Source: Xylographa opegraphella
Lineage: Eukaryota
DNA: 64,000 nucleotides
Reading direction: 5' to 3'
Assembly (NCBI GenBank): GCA_022813865.1
Contig: JALDZX010000011.1
Span: 1 to 64,000 of the forward strand
Below the pieces are notes generated by a model, which saw nothing but the letters and a program-made list of their open reading frames with translations, was not told the origin of the DNA and ran no database searches. Position numbers and translations under genes: made by a program. Below, in pieces: positions 37,201 through 48,899 of this stretch; position 1 is the first letter of the stretch, and each line of letters begins with the position of its first letter.

Positions 37201-37919
37201 TCGGTAGAGCGTGCTAGAGCGGGAAATGCAGTTGTGGCGACATCGATAGGTGTATAGGAGTGGCCGCGAAGCTGGATCTTCAAAAAAGTTTGGGCTCCTG
37301 GGAAATTATATTTGGGCATTGTCTACTTTGGCTCAGCGTACGAGCAACAAAGACCTTTTGTGGAAGGACGAACTGTCGTGTTATCAGCAGTTTCGTCTTC
37401 GGATTCATTGTTAACGCTGGGTCTAAGTCTTTGACCATGGCAGATGGCGCAGCGATGGCCGGCCAGTGACAGATCCATGCTTAAGCTGGGGATGTAATGC
37501 TGGACCGGAGCACGAAGATTACGGGTGGCAAGTGTAGAATAGTACCTGACACAACTAAACTCGAATGTCTAATTACACTTGCATATCAAATGTGTGTTGC
37601 TGGCATACGATATTCTGTAATCTAAACTCTTTATGTACTGGACGAATTAGCTATAATAAGACGACTTATGCTCTACAGTGTAAGCTGTGCCATATATTCG
37701 TAATTTCTGTGCCAATCAACAACGTACTACATGATTCTCAAGCTCATCGGGTGAATCAATGTCCCCCTTTCGGAAGTGACAGCCTCTCGCTTAAGATTGG
37801 TTCGAGGACTCCTTTCGGCGGAAAAATGCCGATTCTCCGATTCTCCGATTCGGCGCTAGATTATATCTGGATAATTTCAAATCTGAGCTTCGAATTTATG
37901 TTACAACGGAACGATTCTC

Positions 37920-39761
37920 ATGTGGCGTTCGCTTTTGAGGACTACATGGCCGATGCGGCTGAGTGAATGTGGCATAAGCCGCCCCAGTTTGCTCGCAAAT
38001 ATGACAAAACGTGAAGCCCAGCACGGCGGTCCAAAGTCCCAAACTAGGAAGATTACCAAGAAAGCCAAACTTGCGATTGAAGGATCATTCACTGAAGTTC
38101 TATTGCACGATGTCAGGAAGCTGTTGGCAAATCAAGCGGCCGCTGTATCAGGCACTGAAAATCTGGCTGAAGAAAGGTCCAAAGTCTCAGTACAAAGTCC
38201 GCCCGCGAGGTTTGCGGAGATCGAGGTTAGGATATCCGAGTTGTCCTCCACAGGCGATGGACTTGGGCTATCAGAAAATTTAGATCATGTCTATGTTGTT
38301 CCTTTCAGTGTACCAGGCGATGTTGTGCAGGTCAAAGTGGTAAATCACTTTGCTTCCGACCATTATACCCTCACAGACTTTGTTAAAGTGCTTGAACCAT
38401 CTCCACGGCGTGACAATACGCGTGTCAAATGCCAATACTTTTCTCGGTGCTCCGGCTGTCAGTTTCAAATGTTATCCTACGACGATCAATTACAACATAA
38501 GAAGAAGATTATCGAGAGTGCTTATAGAAACTTCTCTAACCTACCTTCGGAGCTTGTGCCGCAAATTGGGTCAACCATTGGATCTCCACTTCAATATGGG
38601 TATCGAACGAAACTGACACCTCACTTTGACGGTCCACCGGGCAGACGCGGTCGTGGTCCTCCGAAAGCCGGCACGGAACGCCAAGGTTTCGCGGAGGTAC
38701 CGCCTATTGGATTCATGCTCAAAGGGATGAGGAGGACGATTGATATCGAGGACTGTCCCATTGGTACTGACGCCGTGAGATTGGGTATGGCGAAGGAACG
38801 TATGAGGGTAGCAAAAGAACTCTCCACGTATAAGAGAGGTGCTACAATCCTCCTAAGAGAGAGCACGAAAAGGAAACCCACGAATTCAGCCGGGGCACCA
38901 CAAATATCTACACTCACCACAGCTACAAACAATGAAGATGTTGATGGCAACATCAACGGAATTGACGAAACTTCCAAGACGGACCTCTCCAATAAAGACC
39001 TCGTCCCTCCTAATGCAGAAACTTCGGGAATATCTGCCATGACGGCCGATCAGGATGAAGAGAAGTCATGCATTACCGATTCAAATGCTATTGCCACAGA
39101 ATACATTGACTCCTTTGTTTTCCATAATACAGCTGGTTCCTTCTTCCAGAACAACAACTCCATTTTACCACGCTTTACTGCATACGTTCGCGACCATATC
39201 TTACCTTCAAGTTCACCGTCCGAAAAGCCTATCAAATATCTGATAGATGCCTACTGTGGCTCTGGCCTCTTCACTGTTACACTCTCCTCGCTCTTCCCCG
39301 CCTCCACTGGCATTGACATCTCACCCGCCTCCATCGCCTCAGCGCACCAAAATGCAAAGGCCAATAATATTGCCAATGCTACCTTCATGGCCGCCGACGC
39401 TTCTGCGCTTTTCGCAGAAGTGACCTACCCACATGACGAGACTGTCGTTGTCATCGACCCTCCCAGGAAAGGCTGCGACGACAACTTCCTGCGCCAGCTG
39501 CTACGGTTTGGGCCGCAGCGCGTTGTTTATGTCAGTTGTAACGTTCACACTCAAGCTAGAGATGTTGGGGTCTTGGTCGAAGGAAAGGATGGCTGCCGTT
39601 ATGCACTGACAAGTTTGAGGGGTTTTGACTTCTTCCCACAAACCAGTCATGTGGAAGGCGTGGCAATATTGGACAGAGTCGATGCAAGCAACCATGAAAC
39701 AACAACAGAAGGTGCACCAAATGAAGTCGGTGAAGGATTGGGGCCAGAGGGTATTGCTTAA
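37920..39761 (+). CDS. TRM2: tRNA (uracil-54-C5)-methyltransferase with TRAM domain
   Basis: ISELSSTGDGLG; CQYFSRCSGCQFQ; YGYRTKLTPHF; FFQNNNSIL; LIDAYCGSGLF; VIDPPRKGC; VYVSCNVHTQARD; FDFFPQTSHVE. Confidence 0.93.
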   Translation: MWRSLLRTTWPMRLSECGISRPSLLANMTKREAQHGGPKSQTRKITKKAKLAIEGSFTEVLLHDVRKLLANQAAAVSGTENLAEERSKVSVQSPPARFAEIEVRISELSSTGDGLGLSENLDHVYVVPFSVPGDVVQVKVVNHFASDHYTLTDFVKVLEPSPRRDNTRVKCQYFSRCSGCQFQMLSYDDQLQHKKKIIESAYRNFSNLPSELVPQIGSTIGSPLQYGYRTKLTPHFDGPPGRRGRGPPKAGTERQGFAEVPPIGFMLKGMRRTIDIEDCPIGTDAVRLGMAKERMRVAKELSTYKRGATILLRESTKRKPTNSAGAPQISTLTTATNNEDVDGNINGIDETSKTDLSNKDLVPPNAETSGISAMTADQDEEKSCITDSNAIATEYIDSFVFHNTAGSFFQNNNSILPRFTAYVRDHILPSSSPSEKPIKYLIDAYCGSGLFTVTLSSLFPASTGIDISPASIASAHQNAKANNIANATFMAADASALFAEVTYPHDETVVVIDPPRKGCDDNFLRQLLRFGPQRVVYVSCNVHTQARDVGVLVEGKDGCRYALTSLRGFDFFPQTSHVEGVAILDRVDASNHETTTEGAPNEVGEGLGPEGIA

Positions 39762-40187
39762 TGAGAGTCTGGCTGTCCCAGATGTTAGAACGGCATGACT
39801 GTTCGGATTCATCATTAGAGTCTCAACGCAACGACCGTGATTATTTTGATGGAAGTGCAGCAACAACACATCTTCTGGCAAGAGTCATACCGACCGCTAT
39901 GACAACGGAGGTTGCAGTGTGTCATCAAGATGAGCAACGATACGTCGAGCTTTTGGCGAGGACTGACTCCTGCTGTCCCCCGCTCTGTCAATCTATAACC
40001 ATTTCATAAGCATCGTCTTCCTACTCTCCTCTCCATCCAACCAGCAAACGCCGCCGGCCCAGAGGACCTCAAACTCTCGGAGCTCTGTTTCTCAAAGCCT
40101 AGCTGACACTACACCAAGACATCGCCGGAAAAGCACCTGGACCACTCCACCCACTACTTAAAGTATCCTCCATCTAGCAGAACCATC

Positions 40188-40397
40188 ATGTGCGAACAGA
40201 CCCAAAAGCTATACGACTGTGGCCATGCCACCTGGTTTCTTCGCCAGACATACCCTTCTCGACCGAATTGCAAAATTGTGAACAGTGTCATGGAAGTGAG
40301 AGGACTGTGTAAGAGATGCCACCTGGAAAAACAAGTCCGTGAAGCCGAGAAGTCGGGGGGAAATGGGGACGTAAAATGGAGGGATGTGAGATGGTGA
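40188..40397 (+). CDS. Small Cys/His protein of the fungal MC-x(n)-Y-x-CGH type
   Basis: MCEQTQKLYDCGH...C...LCKRCH; good start context (ACCATCATG) after a C-rich 5' leader, with a G-rich tail. Confidence 0.55.
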   Translation: MCEQTQKLYDCGHATWFLRQTYPSRPNCKIVNSVMEVRGLCKRCHLEKQVREAEKSGGNGDVKWRDVRW

Positions 40398-41145
40398 TCT
40401 GGGGTGGTGGTCACTGGCAGCATCGTTATGAGCTATTGATGGTTTATGGATGATGGAATGGCTGGACTGGTGCGAAGAAAACGACGAGTGGTCGATGGAG
40501 GCGTAAGAGCATGCTAAGATGTGTGATTTGAACGGGGAAGCGTGCTTTGTTTCGATGTGGGGTAGACTCGACTTTGTAGTCCACGGGCCATTGATGCTGT
40601 TTGATGTATGATAGGTAATGTAGTATTATGATGGACAAAAACCTTGGTCCTCAAAATTGCAAATGCGAACATAAACTTTTGTTATTCAGCAATGAACTAA
40701 AGCATACTGGTGAACAAAACATTGAACGGCTTCTGAGAGACATGTATCGTGCTCCTTCAAGCCCAAGCACCAATATTCCTAGCCAGAAGTGGGATTGAAT
40801 TTTAAATTTTTTTTTTTTTTAATGCGTTGTGTTCCTTACATGTGTGGTCAGCAAATGCTGTCTCGATACACCTATCCTAACCTCTTCCACTGCAACCAAT
40901 GCAACCGAGACAGGATCCCACTCTATATCCCGTCGGCTACCTTAGTACAGAGGTACCTTATACGAGAAGCTTGAGGTAGTACCAAAAAGGGGCTAACATC
41001 GACAGCCCAGCGCTAATTTAGTCCTAGTATCGCGGCATCCGGCCTAACCATTCTCCGACATCAACCTCGAAATCCCCATCACCGCAGGCTCACTCATGCT
41101 AGACAGCTTGCTCTAACAGCACCACTTCTTTCAGCGCGCCTTACG

Positions 41146-41852
41146 ATGAGTGTATATCCCTCTCTAATCCTAATCCTATTACTATTTGCGCCCACATGCT
41201 AACGCTCCTCTCCACAGTTCATCCCCAAAAACCCGCGGCCCATGCTGCAAGACCTGTACGTTACTCTCCCGCACCACCTTCTTCACAAGCTGCCCGCCAG
41301 AAACCCCAATCATCCTCACCGACCCTATCCCTCTTACCATTCCCACGGAACTCCCTCCCCATATCACTCCCCCGTTCCACGCCCTCCCCCCCTCACTTCT
41401 TGGCTAACCACTTCCCCCCTGCCCCACGAACAGCGTCAACGAGGAAGTCATCGTGCGCCTGAAGTGGGGCCAGACGGAATACAAGGGCCGCCTCATCAGC
41501 GTGGACTCATACATGAACATCCAGCTGAGCGGGACGGAGGAGTTTATCGACCTGAAGAGCACGGGCAGTTTGGGGCAGGTGTTGATCCGGTGAGTGTGCT
41601 GCGTGAGGGTGTGGGTGAGATGGAGATGGAGATGGAGATGGAGATGGAGATGGAGATGGAGATGGAGATGGAGATGGAGATGGAGATGGAGATGGAGATG
41701 GAGATGGAGATGGAGAAGGGAGTGTACTGGTGGTGCTGTGTCTGGGGCCGAGAAATGAGCTGATGGGTTTTCGATGTGGTAGGTGTAATAATGTGCTGTG
41801 GATATCGAGTGCGAAGGGGGCGGGGGATGGGGATGCGAAGATGGAGGGTTAG
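41146..41852 (+). CDS. SMX3: Small nuclear ribonucleoprotein Sm F; exons 41146-41151, 41218-41255, 41434-41589, 41783-41852
   Basis: Spliced translation [75 protein letters not shown] shows Sm1 and Sm2 motifs. Confidence 0.93.
41617..41712 (+). repeat. Perfect (GAGATG)16 hexanucleotide microsatellite in SmF intron 3
   Basis: Counted directly: 16 uninterrupted units. Confidence 0.97.
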
Positions 41853-42100
41853 GTGAAGTGGGGTGGTGGGAAAGGCTTGCGGAGAATAATGCGTCCGATA
41901 TTCAAGGAGGACTGCGCAGGCGTGGAGCGATGCTGTGTTGATCGGAAGGTACGCAGTAAGGCAGAAGGTCTTCGGCCTGGAAGGTGACGCAGCATCAAGC
42001 CGACACGAACGCCCTAAATGTCAAGGTTGGGGTCAGACAGGCGACTTTGTATATCCGCCATATGACAGAAACGAGATACGCAATCTCGCCAACAACGAAT

Positions 42101-45100
42101 TTACTCGATCTCCTCAATCCTAGGCCGCAGCCTATCACTCCTATCCAAGTTGACATCCAACCCCTTCAAACGGCCCTCGAGCCCAAACCTGATCCCGCCA
42201 TCCCCTTCACCATTCATACTCAGCAACTTCTTCGTTCGCCAACGCGCCAGCCCTTCGATAATCTCGCACTCATGCCCCTTGACAATCTCGTCCGTTTCCA
42301 TATCTCGTTGATAGCCCAGCACTTCTGAAACCTCCCCCAGCCCCGCTTCCACGAACTCAATCCCCAACGGCTGGTGCTGTTCCTCAGCCAGGTCAAGCGC
42401 TCTGGTAACGCTCATCAGTAGCAATGCAGCAGCGCGTCGGAGAATGGCTTTCTCGGGCCTGCTTTCGAGCTTGAGGATAGCGATGGCGAGATCGATAGAT
42501 CCCGACAGAAATGGAGAGCCTAGACCTGCTATGTTGGCTTCAATAGCCATGCTCAGGATAGACAGCGCGGAGGTCCGGATACGGACATCCTCTGCCCCGT
42601 CTTGGTCTTCCCACCCCGATAGCACATCCGCGATGCGAGCTGTCTCTTCATCCTCGACTTCCTCTTCATCGAATTGAGGCACCTCACCGCCCCATGCCAT
42701 CTTTGCCTCCCTCGTATTATTCTCTTCAACGAGCTTTCCTTTCATCCGTACTTCTGCCGTCTTGGGCCGTCGGCCTCTTCGGCTCGCTAGGGCAATGAGA
42801 CTATCTCCAAGAAGCGCAGCTGCTTCTCCGGTCAAAGCAGTTCCTAGGCTGGTGATGATCGTTTGTAAGGCCTCTCCGAACCGGAGGCGCACATCCAGCA
42901 GGGCATCTTCCTCTTTATCGGTGTATCGCTCTATGAGCATCCGCAGGACCGTTCTTGGATGCTTTCGCGCTAGTTCGGCAAGTGCTTTGATGGCTGCTAG
43001 GTACACGAACTCCTCTTCGTCTTGGAGTAGAGAGGAGAGAAGGATTGTGGTGGATGGGATGTCGAGGACTGGAGAAGATGAGGCGATGAGGGAGGTCAAT
43101 GATGCCAGGCCTTCGCCACGGATGGGTGGCAGTGGAGAGGTCAGGTTATGGAGAGCGGTGGTTTGGGTAGCCAGAGCGGAAGCATGAGGCGAAAGAGTTT
43201 GTGCGTTTGATGGTGAGGATGTGGGAAGTAACACAATGGTAGATATGAAGTTAGAAGTGCTAGTTGCCAAGATAATGAGCGACTGAGGAAGGACTTCATA
43301 CTGAACAATGGTGGATATGCTCTTTTGAATATCGTTCAAAATAGAAATTGTAGATATTCCAAGCTTACTATCCATTGAAGAGAGTAACGCATTGAGGAGA
43401 CTAAACGATATTGACACAAACTCTAGAGGGTCTTGCTGGTCAAGAGTCGAGGTATCGTGGACGCCCTCGGACTTGAGGATGGAGCTCATAGATAATATTG
43501 AAAACAATTGCGATTTTCCTCTCGTCTTTTCCCGTGCGCGACCATCATCAATGAAATGAAGGAGCATTTGCTGTATTATTGCAAAAATGCTGTCAGGCTG
43601 TGCTACGATATCGTTCTTATTATGATATAGCATTTCCTGAGTAATCTTAGCATATATAAGCTGTTGCATCGGGTCAATCGTTGAGTTTGCGACGGGTCCT
43701 ATGATAGAGTGACTGTGCTCGGAACTGATACCAAGTAACCATTTCTGCATTACGTACAAGAATACAGTGGCTACGTCGGCAGCGGTTGCACCATCTTTGA
43801 GGAGTTCAATGAAGTGCGATACTCGTGCATTGATTCGGTCAATGAGAAAACTTCCGTCCTTTGCTTGAGAGGTGCCATAAGAGCGGCTACGGATTTCCAC
43901 TCCGAAAGAATTGCTTGTAAACTCGTAATGATCACCGCCATCCCATAGAAGATGGTCAATTAGCTGAATAAAGCCATCCGCTCCCGCAGAGACTTTGAAG
44001 TATGTTGATAGTATTTGTGATACCTTTGTATACATAGGCTTGTTAATTCCCGGATTAACTGAAAGACACAAGATTGACCACAGAGGAAGTAGCAGTGGAG
44101 TCATGATTCGTTTGACAAGCCCGGGATTAGGAAACATTAAAGTCAAAGCTGCGAGGCGTTGCAGAGCCCGTTGAATATTATCACTCGTATTGACGATTCC
44201 CTTCGACATGATGATGCCATTATCTGAGGTTTCTTCTGATTGCGGAACCTTAGGAAATACGGATTCGATGATGGGCAGTAGAAAGATGTTCCAGCCAGGT
44301 TTTCCAGGAGCGCCGTAAATTCGTTTTCCTAGTATACCAGTACTGGCTATGTATGCAGCCGCCCTTCGCATATCTGTGCCATCCTCTTCAAGAAGCGCCG
44401 ATATTTGTGGCCGTAACAGTGTAAAGTACTTCTCAGCGGTCATAGAACTAGGTATGGAAGAAAGGAGCTTTGAAGCACGATTGAGCACTTCCATAGACAA
44501 TACGAGGCCAGAACTTGGTTGGCTTTGATCTGGGTTTTGTTGTGCTGTGCTTGCAATAAAAGCAATTGTAGAGACAATGCCATCAGGACGCAAAGGCAGA
44601 AGCGATAAGCTTTTAGAGATGTGAGGAATGAACCAGCTAGGAGTTGCTGGATGTATAAGAGACGTTAAAGCGGGAAAAAGTGTGGATAGTGGAGTCCTAT
44701 TGGGAATTCAGCATACATAGTATCTGACAAGCTATGGATATAAAAGATAAAAGCAAACGGAGAGCCGCTTTTACTGATGAAGAGACGTACTCATCCAGTA
44801 GAGCTTGTAGTGCTACTACATGAGATAGACCAGACTGGTGTACATTAGGATTGTGAGCAAGTTGACCTCGTGCAGCAATCAGATCCACAAGGGTTCGCTC
44901 AATGAAAGCACTGTATAGACCTTTCCCATTACTGGAGGCGAGTTTGTCTAACTCATTAACAATATAGAGCAAGAGGTTATAGTCTTGATCACTCTGGCCC
45001 TCTGCCTGAGCAGCTCGAGATACAGTTCCGTTCCGCAGAACCGACTTGACTCTTCGCTGAACAGGGACACCAACCCCTGGTAAGAGGTCTGGATAAATAC

Positions 45101-45443
45101 CCTCTAGTGAAACGAGATCAAGGAGAGCATCCACAGTGCGGCGGTTGCCTGAGTTGTGCAGAATCTCATTCTGGAGTGTGCCTACTCCAGATAGTGCTAG
45201 TTGATGATGAATTTTGAGTAAAAGTGTGAGTGCATTCCGAATGATAACATCTCGTGGGTCACCGCCATTTCGGAGAAGAGTCGGGTTTCCGGATGCTATT
45301 TGCTCAAGCACTGACTGTCCACGAATCTTCACAATGTTACCTGCCCTATACTAAGCTTCGATAGATGAGGAAAAGTGACTTATTCTACCTCGGTGCAGGA
45401 CTGGCGCGAGAAATGCCTCTGCATCCGTCAACACGGTAGTCAT
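42101..45443 (-). CDS. RTP1: RNA polymerase II nuclear import/assembly factor Rtp1 (ARM/HEAT repeats); about 3 exons, start approximate
   Basis: LLDLVSLEGIYP.L.PGVGVP; LRPDGIVSTIAFI; PLPPIRGEGL; LQDEEEFVYLAAIKAL; DVRLRFGEAL; DVRIRTSALSIL; ILRRAAALLL; C-terminal PRIEEIE. Confidence 0.82.
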
Positions 45444-48400
45444 GGCATCAGTGAGTTCACATGCACCTCCTTGAGGGATTGAATCTGATCTGGCAAGCCT
45501 GCAGTTGCTTCAACACATAAAATACGTCTTACATGGAGTTGGAGGTTTACCAAATGTTATCTGTAAGGCTGAGTCACATGCTTGACGCGCCGCGCTCGAT
45601 CGCGCTAGTGACATTGCGTTACCTATTAAGCCCAACCTCTCTTACTCAGAACTTCCTTCCTTCAACTTGACCCGTTTCAATTCTATCAGTCCCAACATCG
45701 AGTCCGTATCTGACGTTCCCCTGCTATGCCTTGATCGTTGACTTTCAGCGTATCCGCCATCAACTACATTCTCTCAACTCCCAGCAGCCTCAATCCTTCA
45801 AACAATCATCCACAACATTCTCATCTCAAACCCATCTCTCGCTCGGTACGAGCACCACAAAAGAAAGCAGCGCACCCTCCCCACAGTCCCCCGATACTTG
45901 TTTTCCAGCCTTGTGCAAGGAATGTCTAAGCGCCCCTCTCGCGCACGCCTGCACAAATTGCTCCTACACCGCTTCTCGAGCCTCGCAGCATGGTCTCTCA
46001 TGGGTCAACGTGTTCTTGGACAACGCGTGCTGCAGCCGTACGGCTGTAAAGGGCAGTGAGAGGAGAACGAGCTTCGGAACTTAACCCTAAGTATTCGCCG
46101 GTTGCTTCTCTTCTGAGAAGTCAGTCTTGCGGTCATAGTTGACGACTTTCTGACTACCTCCCGGAAGTCTCTTGCCTTATGTGGTCTCTGGATCAGGTGT
46201 GGCAGATTCATATGGGAGTGAAAGGATTGTCTGACGTCCAGTGTCCTTTGGACAGTAATCGAATCCACTATGCGTCACAAACGGTAAGATCCTCGAATGG
46301 GGACGCGCAAATGTGTTTTCTCCTGGACACTATACTCTGGTCACATGGGGTGTATTAGTTGATGTGTAGCGTTGATTTTGAGTTTGGAAGAGATTCGTTG
46401 AGAGTGGTCGGACAATCCAAACACTGGAACAGTCCTCAGGATCTTCGCGAACCGTGTTGTTTCTGGCTTCTACATCCTTGATTGCTGTCTGCGCTAAATC
46501 TATTCCATGCGAGCTCATCAACAGTGTCTATCTTTCCCTCGACAGCGCGGCTGCTTCTGGATGTCTCATCACTATGTGCAATATCAGCTGTGGTCTTCTT
46601 GACATGTTCGCGATATACCATGATCGAAGTCAAGAATTATGAGCACGTCCCTTCTTCATCGAGTGCCTTACAAACGAGTTGCAAACTACGTGCGAATCAC
46701 TTCTGAAAATGAAGGAAAGATATAGAGATCCACTCGTCAGAATCATTCGTGTCATTAGCTGTCTGTGACTCTGGAGTTTACACAGTGAAGACATGTCTGT
46801 AGCGAGGTCTCCGTCCACAAACAGATTCGCACGTGGCTTTTGCAGCTGCTCTGAAAGACTTTTACTGGCTACAGTAGCGGTCCGAACGGGTATATGGCAT
46901 GACGTCCCGCTCCGGATAGTTCTTGATTCGGTCATGATGTCGTTGGCATGGCAATGGATTGCTACATGTTTGCCAACAGCGAGACTATCCCAAGCAGTAT
47001 GCATATGCTGAGAGGGATGGAGGTACGCACCGAGCTTCGCCAAGACTGGGTTTAATCGCTCCAGCACGCTACCCCAGCTCGAACACAACCGGTGAAGACG
47101 TCCTGTACCACTCTCCGCCAGGTCCACAGCCCCACAGCTCAACCTCAACTGATCTCCACTCTTCTCTTACCACAACAGCGTCCCCCGGACGCAGCTCACT
47201 CACCATACCATCGCCGCGGCACGTGCCACAGGCGTAGCCTCCGTCTCTCACAGGACGACCCCCGACCAGCCGCATCAATCATCTCCTCGCGTGTCCAGCA
47301 CGCAAGTTGGACGGTGAGCGCCGACATAACAGTCTCGCCCAGCCTTCGCCGGCTAGGCAGACGCTTACCTCTTTCCGAGAGATGGGAACGGTTTTTGCCG
47401 ATGTATTTTGTCCGTTCAGCAACCGCCCTCCTGCGCTCGCTGCTACCCACTGAGTCACGCAGAGGAAACAAAAACTAGTCTCTGAGGGTACTGCACTACA
47501 AACAGAGAGATCCCCCCTGCGTGGGGTGTGCGAGATGAGAATGGGATGACGCGCGCGAAGGAACGAGGTCCATGGCATTTGGCACATATAGTCGGCGAAA
47601 GGCCCCTCTCGGCGAAATGACAGGCACGCTATCAGGAAGCTCATATACCCGGACCGAGTTGACGGCTCCGAGCGGACGAAACGGTCCATTTCCGATATCG
47701 AGCACCCCCGCCTTGCCCAACTCTGCAGTCACAACCACGTCCCAGGAACCCATCAGCCCCCGCAGCAACCTCCAGAGTCCTTTTTTTCCGCCCCCCCCGC
47801 TGCCCGTCTAGCCGCACACAAAAACTCCCGCCACGCTACCACCGCCCTCCCCCATCCACCGTCCCCGCTCCCACGGACCTCCCACTGCTCTCCCCCGCCG
47901 CGTCATGCGCCGGGACACCCAGCTCTCGGAGGCGGGACCTCTCTCGAGTGAGGCTCAAAGCTAAGCGCTTGTCCGCCCCCCCTCGCTGGCCCGGCGCCGC
48001 GGTGCTCGGTGGCGGGCTAGTCGCGTGGCTGGGAAGTGGGGTGTGGGGTGGTGGGCGGCCAGGGCGGCAGCCGGTGCGCTTGTGTGTCGCTGTGATGACG
48101 GGTGTGGGGATGGGCGCGGGAGGAGTGCGCTGTGGGTGGTTGGGGGGGAGGGGGGCGTGGGGACGGCTGTGTAGGTTGGTGCCGTGGGGGGGTGTGGGGA
48201 ATGGGGGGGAGGGGCCGAGGAGGCCTGCGCTGCTGTCTTCCTGATCTGGAGCTCCAAGCAGGGGCGAAGGGGATGGGAGGCGGCGCCGCGTTTTTTTTTA
48301 TAAGTTTCCCCTGTTTTTTCTGGGTGGGGTGTAGGGGAGGGCTGACTACCTGTGTGGATCTAGGGTTTGCGGTTGTGCCGGGGGGAGGGGGCGGGAGGAA

Positions 48401-48899
48401 GGGGGGTTGGAGGGTATGCTGCGCGGTTGTTGGTGAGGGGTGCAGAGCGGGAAGGAAAGTGAGTGGTTGGGATGGGAGAGAGGGCGGGTTGTGTATGGTT
48501 GGTCGTGTTCGATGGTTGGGTGGCGGTTATGCTATGCTATGCTATACTATGCTATGTTCCCTATACTGTGGAACAGGATGACGAGGCAGAAATCCATCCG
48601 AAATGCTCCTCGGAACGTGCTCGTGGTTATCGAAGGACCGACGTATCCCCTCCCAGTAAGGCCCCCCGTCCACTCCCACATCCTCAAACCTCCTCGTCCT
48701 CAAAATCCTCACATGTCGCCTGAAACGCCCTCTTCCACCCCGTCCCCCCCTCAACCTTGACCGGCCCCTCCACCACAAGCGGAATCTTCACCCGCCCACG
48801 ACCCTTCATAACCCGCCCATCAACCTTCGTACCCCGCCCATTGCTGCACCGCCACATTCGCCCAATCTTATCCTCCAGCCCTCTCCATTCGGGTAGTGC

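Noticed and set aside
41242..41763. 173-aa ORF with an (EM)n repeat
   Set aside because: It overlaps SmF introns and exon 3 in the wrong frame; the repeat is an intronic microsatellite.
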